Shown piece by piece: positions 30,001 to 35,572 of a stretch of DNA of 64,000 nucleotides. Within the stretch, counting starts at the first letter, position 1. Each line of letters begins with the position of its first letter. Position numbers and translations under genes: made by a program. The notes under the pieces were generated by a model. The model was not told the DNA's origin and did no database searches. It worked only from the letters and a program-made list of their open reading frames with translations. The stretch is from Gammaproteobacteria bacterium (GTDB lineage Bacteria > Pseudomonadota > Gammaproteobacteria > Xanthomonadales > SZUA-5): positions 7,166 through 71,165 of the forward strand of contig JAUIFV010000003.1 of the NCBI GenBank assembly GCA_030430155.1, in the 5' to 3' direction.

Positions 30001-31988
30001 GCTATCGGTCCGTCCGGCTGGCCTTCCACGACCTCGATCAAGGCTTGAGCGGGATCGGCGAAGCGCACCGGCGTCGTTTCAGTCAAAAGCACCACTCGGC
30101 GCGGGCCCAGCGTCGCGTCGGCGGCGACGGTCAATTCAAAGGCAACGGACTCACCACTCGCTGCGACAGCAAGACCGTCTATCAACAATCCATCGTTGGA
30201 TTCGACCTGCACCGCGTCCACAGACGCCAATCCGAAACCCGTCACCGTGACGGACACCACCTCGCCACGCGGGGCCGTTTCCGGAGCGACTTCAATCGCG
30301 CTGCTACCGCGCAGAATGCCGACAGCGGGACTCACAACGGTTCTCTCCGGTGCCGGCACCGATGCCTGTATAGTCACACCAAGCGGGGGCGCAAGGACGG
30401 GCGTAACTAGCTGAGTCCGGTCAACGATCTGCAGCGTATTCTCAGGGCTTGGAATGGCGCTGCTGCCTTCCGACAGCCCCTGCAGCTGCACGACTCGGGG
30501 CCCGAGCTGCGCGCCGGGGAGCGTACGCAGGCGCAGGTTCGCCGCAGTGTCTGAGAGCACCGTAAGCTCTTCGATTATCAGCTGGTCATCGGGAATCAGA
30601 CGCGCACCCACCACTTGGCTGAAGTGCACGCCTTGAATGGCGATCGTCTGCGAGCTCTGATCCCGGAACAACCAATTGGGCGTCAGTGCGGTGACGATTG
30701 GTGGCTGCGAGCGCACCTCCAGCAGGTCGCGAGCGGCGACCACAATGCCACCGACCAACAGTTCGACCCGTCGCGACTCCAACGGGGCGTCCGCGGCTAC
30801 GACTATATCCACCGAGGCACTGTTAGCGGTCGCGCTGAAGCTGGGAGCGACAATGCTGATGCCATCGTCGGGGATCAAGCGTAGCTCGGTCGCTTGGGTA
30901 AGCTGGTGACCGATGACCTCCAGGTTGAGCGACTGTCCTGGCTCAACGAATGTGGGGGTGAATCCGGTTATTGCCGGTCCGAGAACCACCTCCAACGGTG
31001 GGCTGAAGAGTTCGCTGACGCCGGGTGCCGCCTGACCGACCTGCACGCCAAGAGCGGCGGACACGAACGGTTCAAGGTATTGAATGCCACCGGCAACGAT
31101 CTGCAGGGTGTTGTTGGCAGTGGTCTGCGGGGTTGACGCACCACTGGCGGTAACGACCTGTACCACTCGTGGACCTATAGCCGCACCGGCGCCAATGCCC
31201 AGCGGCACTCGAACCTCGGTACCCTCGTTGTTGGCCGCCGGGTTCGCACCAATATCCAAATCGTCTGCCGGATGAATGAGCACCTGCGGCTGTTCCGGCA
31301 GCATTCGACCGAAGGGCAGACCACGCAGATTGCGACCTCGAATCAGCAACTCGAGGGTATCGCCAACCGCAACGACCACAGGCTCAATGCTCTCGATCTG
31401 TGGCTGCTGATCCTCAATGAGCAACGCGCCCGCACCCGGACTACGTTCGGGGACGCGGCGACCGTCTGCGGCGACGAGCCTTAGCGAACGCAGGCCAGGT
31501 ACGGCCTCAGAATCGACGTTGAGTTCGAAGCTGAGCGCCGTGCCGCCTGGATCAACGTTGACGCTGACGATGGTCAGACCGGCGGACGGCACGATACTGA
31601 CCGATGTGTCGGCTTGCAGCCCGAAGCCATCGACCTGAACCGTCTGCGTCGTGCCGCGCATCACTCGATCTGGAACCACGGCATTCAGGCTCGGACCGAT
31701 ATGGATTCCCAGCATCGAGGCGCGAACGTCGAGGCTCTGGGTGCTTGCTGGTGGGCTGCGCAAAACACCAAGCGCCGGTGCGCGAACGTCTACCGGTGAT
31801 GCACTGCTGGATCTCTCAATTCCCACGGGCGCGTTGACGAGTACATCGCCGGGCCGGAGCGTAAACGGCAAGCCCTTGGCTCGCTGGGCTGGGGACTGCT
31901 CCAGAGCTGGCTCGGCGGCGGCCACGCCCAAAGGCCCTGCGGCTGCCAGCCACAGGGCGCAGAACACGGTAGCGACGACTAAGCGCAC
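24087..31988 (-). CDS. giant secreted adhesin-like protein: signal peptide, ~5 IPT/TIG-like units, 20 tandem ~97-aa Ig/cadherin-like (tandem-95 / VCBS-type) repeats
   Basis: 2633-aa ORF with a GTG start at 31988 and signal peptide MRLVVATVFCALWLAAAGPLGVAAA. The N-terminal units have the form V.V.G.GL......L.FEL.V...A.LG.R.V.L. They are followed by repeats of the form VNDPP.A.DD.Y....D..L.V.A..GVL.ND.D.DGD.L.A.....P..G.L.L..DG.F.Y.P...F.G.D.F.Y...DG. Confidence 0.9.
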   Translation of the reverse strand: MRLVVATVFCALWLAAAGPLGVAAAEPALEQSPAQRAKGLPFTLRPGDVLVNAPVGIERSSSASPVDVRAPALGVLRSPPASTQSLDVRASMLGIHIGPSLNAVVPDRVMRGTTQTVQVDGFGLQADTSVSIVPSAGLTIVSVNVDPGGTALSFELNVDSEAVPGLRSLRLVAADGRRVPERSPGAGALLIEDQQPQIESIEPVVVAVGDTLELLIRGRNLRGLPFGRMLPEQPQVLIHPADDLDIGANPAANNEGTEVRVPLGIGAGAAIGPRVVQVVTASGASTPQTTANNTLQIVAGGIQYLEPFVSAALGVQVGQAAPGVSELFSPPLEVVLGPAITGFTPTFVEPGQSLNLEVIGHQLTQATELRLIPDDGISIVAPSFSATANSASVDIVVAADAPLESRRVELLVGGIVVAARDLLEVRSQPPIVTALTPNWLFRDQSSQTIAIQGVHFSQVVGARLIPDDQLIIEELTVLSDTAANLRLRTLPGAQLGPRVVQLQGLSEGSSAIPSPENTLQIVDRTQLVTPVLAPPLGVTIQASVPAPERTVVSPAVGILRGSSAIEVAPETAPRGEVVSVTVTGFGLASVDAVQVESNDGLLIDGLAVAASGESVAFELTVAADATLGPRRVVLLTETTPVRFADPAQALIEVVEGQPDGPIANPDGYQGVSNAALVVGSAEGVLLNDIDPLGGTLFAVLRALPQFGTLNLSADGAFVYQPDADFAGQDRFEYSAGAGQQVGAATIVTLSVVEPHDARDDSYSTLDSAALTVDGLSGVLSNDVINAGSSASAEVVSMPALGTLALQADGGFSYVPNGSAGTDSFRYRIRSDVGASLPATVTITVIGVNDPPAAVDDQYVIERDTSLQLAAPGVLVNDSDPDGDPLIARALAPPTAGSLSLSSDGALSYTPPTGFVGTASFTYEIADPSGLVDQAIVTIDVNDSLAPVADSYSMDEGEVLFVDAPGLLANDVVVAQGAVQILISDAPDHGTLIADHDGSFIYTPVNADWSGTDQFSYQLRDNVTTSPSALVTILVRPVNDPPLATTDRYLTDENVDLVVVAPGVLANDLDVDSDVLSAVLLVPPEHGLLTLRTDGSFNYVPEVNYRGLDTFRYTLEDGDGGSAEGEVRIDVTQPPTATNDVYLVDVDTPLEITDPDLGLLINDHDAPERDPLTAVLVEPPAHGQLSLNEDGTFLFVPELGYQGLDVFTYRASDGLSLSNFGTVTLAIGITSLPRAEPDEYIALEDTDLVVPASEGVLANDTDADTPPEQLQAFLVGVDFQPLTNRGVDVTLNLDGSFSFRPWPGFSGETFFIYEVFDGTSASNAAIVSLTVEPVNDGVRCEDDFYGVLRNTVFEPLGARSQVSFNDEYDPEFPVEFSIEQQGQFGFAEINPQTGRFRYTPQQNFAGTDQVVYRVTQVDTGIFDTAIVTLRVNGPPVAGDDFYNLTEDTLQDAIPTPLANDVDPDGDPIAYTSDRFIGRNGPVWLRVDDRQNPTTTTLEPTSDFYGSAYIEYYITDGTVLQVKGRIDVEVAGVPDAPRGLQDKYLTQRNTQLVVGSPADGVLNNDWDPDTRPGPGHNPWAAATGIDLLPITAELNAPPSNGSLSFTALGTFTYTPNADYSGLDTFTYRGLDATGRYSDPVTAQIRVNTPPTPVDDAYVVNEDTTLIVPAAEGLLANDLDVDGDTLRAGSSSSGCAPCFGSVSIFQSGAFEYTPDENFNGQDEFFYRVSDPFGGINVGRVAISVLPVNDAPVTEPDTYRGMEDEVLVAFTPQGILRNDREVDGEQLTNAQVVIPAAHGSVSVEVDGAFTYTPDPDFNGRDEFGYRVYDESNLFTDEMVEVLLTAVNDAPQANPDSYQTSQDQSLIVSAAEGVLANDSDVDGPTLIAALIGPAQHGLVQLDPDGAFSYQPDGLFSGVDQFQYQVDDGLGEVASATVSIVVEEVGSTVTVTVADDFYAFDAPGVSVSAPGVLANDSVSGAPALTASLVLPPSHGSVNLSADGGFSYTANPGFSGADGFTYAASADGVSELARVDLDVRAVANLPPIANGEQFGMVEDGVLDSAFVGGLLANDSDFEGAVLSLILETNVSNGQLSVQSDGEFVYAPDQNFNGIDQFSYRVSDGQLLSQPATATINVFAQNDPPVASDDLYQGPAQQNLIVDANSGLLSNDSDVDGDTLQVELVDSPLHGQVQVQPDGAFQYQPAPEFAGTDRFRYAATDQLALDLAEVTIQINAAVNQPPVAQGETFQINEDQELSSAAVGPLTANDSDPDGDPLSVVVTVAPVNGALVVNAQAFNYQPSANYHGADQFSYRVSDGDLQSNEVVAEITIMPVNDPPLVQTDMYQLVQGQLLSVPAAQGVLSNDSDIEGDLLTSQLSAPTAHGTLSLQPDGAFDYLPDSQFHGRDEFAYLADDGTDTTLGRAVIDVTQSPNQRPVAVGEQFLLPEDTVLDTRDLDSLLANDFDPEGQPLTLHILTAPSLGVLEQFDGGHVRYTPARDSHGSFVIEYEVSDGELSSLPVQVEITLQPVNDPPTANADVYVVPDGADLTVAAAQGVLTNDSDPDTDTLVATVVVPPAQGQLNLGLDGSLNYLPPNPRPAQESFRYRVADPSGAAAEAQVDLLMNATPPPDPIFANGYESLNP
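24144..30008 (-). repeat. 20 tandem ~97-aa coding repeats (tandem-95 / cadherin-like Ig repeats)
   Basis: I counted 20 occurrences of the G(V/L)L.ND.D-type motif: GVLLNDID, GVLSNDVI, GVLVNDSD, GLLANDVV, GVLANDLD, GLLINDHD, GVLANDTD, VSFNDEYD, PLANDVD, GVLNNDWD, GLLANDLD, GILRNDRE, GVLANDSD, GVLANDSV, GLLANDSD, GLLSNDSD, LTANDSD, GVLSNDSD, LLANDFD, GVLTNDSD. The units are strongly diverged at the amino-acid level. Confidence 0.85.
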
Positions 31989-32018
31989 GCCCGTACTCGT
32001 TCGGTTCGGCGACGGTCG

Positions 32019-33446
32019 CTACATCGTCACCCGTCGCCCGCTTTCGGTAATCAGCACTGTCTTTGAAGCGCCCTGCATGGATGCGGCGAGCTCAACCGCG
32101 ACCACCAGTTCCCCTTCGGTAAATCGCGACAGCGCCAGCTGATTCTGTCCACTCACCGCGAAACTCAGCGTTGCCAGCAGCACGGTCGGTCCATCGACCA
32201 GATTGACCGATGCCGTTGCCGTGGCCAACTGCGGGGTGCCGGTCAGTGCGGTGGAGATGACGGTCAGCGGCGCGCCCTGCGGCGGGGTCACGATGACGCC
32301 CACAGTATTGCCGGCCGGGACATTGGTGGTCTCGACGATCACTTCAACCGGGTTTGGCGTGCCGCTGGGAAGGACGATGTCAGCACTGCCTGTAGGCTCC
32401 GCAGGCGCGGCGACGCCCGAGACGCTGGCCACGCGCAACGTCGGAACACCGGCAACTACGAGCGCACCTGGCGTCGCGCTGGAATAGGGCGGCATGGTTT
32501 GTGCCGTCCGCGTATTGGACTCGGCTTCCAGGCGGATGCGGCCCGCGCCGGCGGAGCCGCGCGATCCCACGTTTATGTAGCTACCGGTGCCAGCGCCAAC
32601 TGCACTGATTGGACCGTTTCCGGTGATAGTTGTGGCTACGAGACGAATGCCTCCACCGCTGCCACCGCCGCCGACGCTGCCGGTACCAGCGGATCCAAAG
32701 GTCTGTCCGATATCTCCGCCGTGCCCGCCGTTTGCCAGTACCGAACCCGAAACTGTCAAAGTTCCGCTAACCGCCAGCAGCAACGCCCCGCCGCCGCCGC
32801 CGCCGCCGCTCCCGCCGAGGCCATCGGCGCCATTGCCCCCAGAGCCACCAGAACCACCCACCAAGGGCAGAAGGTCGACGTTTCCGTAGGTTGGGGCCGG
32901 CGTTGCGTTCCCGCATGAGGAACTTGGCGAAGCGCCAGCAGTTCCAAACGAGCCTCCGCCACCCCAGCAACCTGTGAGATTTGTCAATGCTCCAGTCTGC
33001 GGCCGTCCGCCGCCAGGCCCTATCCCGGCCATGCCCACCCGCGGGCTTCCCGCGGCAGTCGATGGACTGGGCTCACCACCCCGCCCACCCGGGAAACCGC
33101 CTGGACCACCCGAACCGGGCAAACCGTCGTCTGCCACGTTGCCGCTTCCGGCTCCAAAACTGTCTGCGGCATGCTCGCCGCTGAGATCGATGGTTCCGGC
33201 GATAGTGGCATCGCCGCTCACAAGCAGCGTGACGGGGGTATTCAACGGGTTGCGAGCAAACCGCACCGTGACGCCCGCTGGAATGTCGATCAAGGTGTAA
33301 TTCAGCACCCCATCAGCAGGCAACGCGACCACAGTGTCGACGTTTGGCATCAGTGCGCCGTCGGCGCCCGTGCTGCCGCTATCAAAAGCAATGGCCGACG
33401 ATCCAGCCAAGGAAACTGCAAGTAACGCGAACTGCCGCAGTGCCAT
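32019..33446 (-). CDS. secreted glycine-rich protein, predicted parallel beta-helix; first gene of the large minus-strand locus
   Basis: 475-aa ORF with signal peptide MALRQFALLAVSLAGSSAIA. Long Gly runs (GGSGGSGGNGADGLGGSGGGGGGG, GGGGSGGG) alternate with beta-strand-like segments (ALLLAVSGTLTVSGSVLANGG, IRLVATTITGNGPISAVG, RIRLEA). The stop lies 30 nt upstream of the 2633-aa gene start. Confidence 0.75.
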   Translation of the reverse strand: MALRQFALLAVSLAGSSAIAFDSGSTGADGALMPNVDTVVALPADGVLNYTLIDIPAGVTVRFARNPLNTPVTLLVSGDATIAGTIDLSGEHAADSFGAGSGNVADDGLPGSGGPGGFPGGRGGEPSPSTAAGSPRVGMAGIGPGGGRPQTGALTNLTGCWGGGGSFGTAGASPSSSCGNATPAPTYGNVDLLPLVGGSGGSGGNGADGLGGSGGGGGGGALLLAVSGTLTVSGSVLANGGHGGDIGQTFGSAGTGSVGGGGSGGGIRLVATTITGNGPISAVGAGTGSYINVGSRGSAGAGRIRLEAESNTRTAQTMPPYSSATPGALVVAGVPTLRVASVSGVAAPAEPTGSADIVLPSGTPNPVEVIVETTNVPAGNTVGVIVTPPQGAPLTVISTALTGTPQLATATASVNLVDGPTVLLATLSFAVSGQNQLALSRFTEGELVVAVELAASMQGASKTVLITESGRRVTM

Positions 33447-33770
33447 CGCACGCCCCCATCCATTCGTTGCAGATCAGAGCTGCTCGTTCGCCTCCCTCCC
33501 CGAAGACAACTGCCGCTCACTAAACAAGAACCATCGAAAAGTCACATTCTGTAGTGATTCTCCGGGGCGGCGACGCTAGCAGCAGTCACACAATCACGCA
33601 ATCATCACTTTCGTAAAGCGCAACGCCCAACTGCTGTCATGCGCACACCCGAACCCGGCGCACCTGCACTTGTCGCGGCTGCACCGCACTTCGCCGTCCA
33701 ATCACCTTGAACGCGTCGGCGCCAGTTCCAGCACGAGTGCCTCCGATGCCGCCGGCCTGCCAAGCAGGGA

Positions 33771-34826
33771 TCATTCACACGACGGCGAGAAAAACGAGAC
33801 CGGTTGAAGCTCGCCGTCTTCGAATCCGCTCGTCAGCAGACGATCTACAGACGGAAACTCGGTGGGACCGATGACGTTCGCCGCAAACATGATCACGCCG
33901 GAGCTTAGCGGCCCACTTTGATTCGGGCAGCGCTGCTCAAAACCGGCCTCAAACGTAACCGGGAATACATCCAGACCATCCATCAAGACGTCGGTGACAA
34001 CGAAGTTGCCATCTAGTGTGTTGCACCCCGCCCCACCGTAGCCAAAAGCCAGCCCGGCATCAGTCGCGGCTTGGAAGGGGTATCGAGTTGCGTTCGGATA
34101 GCTACCAACGGCGATCGGCACGTCCCCAGGCGCAGCGAAGTCCACATGCCAATTGACGTTTCCGGACCCAGGTGCCGGCCCGGCGTAGATGAAAGAAGCC
34201 CCATTGTCAAAGTTTCCGCGACCTATAGTGGTTTGGCGCGACAGTTGAAATGATGCCGATCCGCCAGGCACTCCGCCACCGACTGCGCCCGCTGCAGCAT
34301 CGAAGGAGAAAACCCCTGATTGCGTAGTGACCGATTGGTGGTTTGGACCAGTTGTGGGAACGGCAGAGTTGAATCTGACTTTTCCTTGGACAGCTTTGCC
34401 GTATTGCTCACACTGGAGCGCAAAATCTACGGCCATGCTCGTTACGTCGCCTTCGAGATCCCTATCCACGTCAAGCACATTGAATCGCCCGAAGGCGTTG
34501 CTGCAACCAGAAGATCCGAAGGAAAAATCAATCTCAGGCCTCCCTTGATCCGCAAATCGCTTCGCCCGTTCATAGCAGCCTGCAACAAACGGAGCGTTCC
34601 CGGGCGGCCGCAGCGTCAATGACCACCTCGGGTTGATCCCGGATGGTGCGGAGAGCCGCACGCCGCTACCTGATGCTGTAGCAGTGATCTCCCCCGCAGA
34701 GTAGCTGAGCGATTGAGAAGTTGAGACTGGAGAAGCGCCCGGGTCTGCTTCGATCAGCAACGAGTTTTGAGCCAGCGTCTGAGAAGCGACAATCAGCAGC
34801 GGCAGGGCAATGTGCAAGGGTTGCAT
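33771..34826 (-). CDS. secreted protein with an internally duplicated Cys-containing domain, unknown function
   Basis: 351-aa ORF with signal peptide MQPLHIALPLLIVASQTLA. Two related halves: AGCYERAKRF..IDFSFGSSGCSNAFGRFNVLDV..DFALQCE versus GSYPNATRYPF..LAFGYGGAGCNTLDGNFVVTDV..FEAGFEQRCP. By eye it is lower in GC than the core genes. Confidence 0.7.
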   Translation of the reverse strand: MQPLHIALPLLIVASQTLAQNSLLIEADPGASPVSTSQSLSYSAGEITATASGSGVRLSAPSGINPRWSLTLRPPGNAPFVAGCYERAKRFADQGRPEIDFSFGSSGCSNAFGRFNVLDVDRDLEGDVTSMAVDFALQCEQYGKAVQGKVRFNSAVPTTGPNHQSVTTQSGVFSFDAAAGAVGGGVPGGSASFQLSRQTTIGRGNFDNGASFIYAGPAPGSGNVNWHVDFAAPGDVPIAVGSYPNATRYPFQAATDAGLAFGYGGAGCNTLDGNFVVTDVLMDGLDVFPVTFEAGFEQRCPNQSGPLSSGVIMFAANVIGPTEFPSVDRLLTSGFEDGELQPVSFFSPSCE

Positions 34827-35295
34827 ATAAGTCCTTAAGATTTGGATCGGTTTCAGTTGAATGCAGGCAATGCAACTATCGGCCGGATGGCACGAGTCTC
34901 GGTTTGGCTCAATCGACCAACCCAGACCGACAATTCCCCACCCCCAAAGTCATCAGAGACGGTCTGCAGTGCGGTTGGGTGGGTGTCGGGCAGCGGGAGG
35001 ATGCTCGACCGAAAGCCGATGAGAGGCAGATCGACGTTCCGCTTCGCGAGCTTTGCCGCCAAGCGAATCGACGAAGCCGGAGGTGCGCTCTGTCCTGGCG
35101 CACTCGGCCATCAGCATGACTACAGGCAAGACCATCCCGCACCCCTCCTGGGGTGTTCATTATTCAGTGCTGGCCAAAGCCCCCGTTTGGCCGCCAAATC
35201 GGACTTCCCGTATCAGAAAGCCGCCCCTGGATGCAGTCTTTAACTCAGGCCGACTGATCACGCAATCAACAATACACAACATTCACATTACGTTC

Positions 35296-35360
35296 TGTAG
35301 GCGTTCTCCTCGCCGTTTGTAGGAATTCTTCCCGCCGTCATGTAGGCAGATTCCTACAGA
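35296..35360 (+). repeat. three TGTAGG-initiated ~22-23-bp direct repeats upstream of uvrA
   Basis: tgtaggcgttctcctcgccgtt (35296), tgtaggaattcttcccgccgtca (35318), tgtaggcagattcctacagag (35341). The last forms the TGTAGG-N6-CCTACA palindrome. Confidence 0.5.
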
Positions 35361-35572
35361 GCTGTTCCGGAGTTGCCGGTCGTGCTGCCGTATCGGTCGA
35401 AACCGGCACGCCGGCACAGCAACTCCAGTTACCCAACCGACCGTTTGGCAACCGATCCACCGCCGCACTGACCATTGCATCGACCGCAAACCACCCCCAC
35501 TTCCTTCCATCCTCCTGTCAGTAGCGCCTTGCTACGATGACGGGCTGATTGCATCGCACAGGGTTCTGTTTC

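Noticed and set aside
8892-31988. Tc-toxin (TcA/TcB/TcC) or CdiA/CdiB two-partner interpretation of the giant genes and Rhs
   Set aside because: I see no SpvB-like or TcA-like sequence features in either giant. There is no TPS domain or FHA repeats and no TpsB/CdiB transporter gene. The giants are built from Ig-like, Calx-beta-like, CARDB and FG-GAP modules instead.
35545-35561. LexA/SOS box upstream of uvrA (CTGATTGCATCGCACAG)
   Set aside because: The spacing is CTG-N11-CAG rather than the canonical CTG-N10-CAG, and the fourth base is A, not T. It is also only 12 nt from the ATG. It is not a convincing SOS box, although the LexA motif of this taxon is unknown to me.
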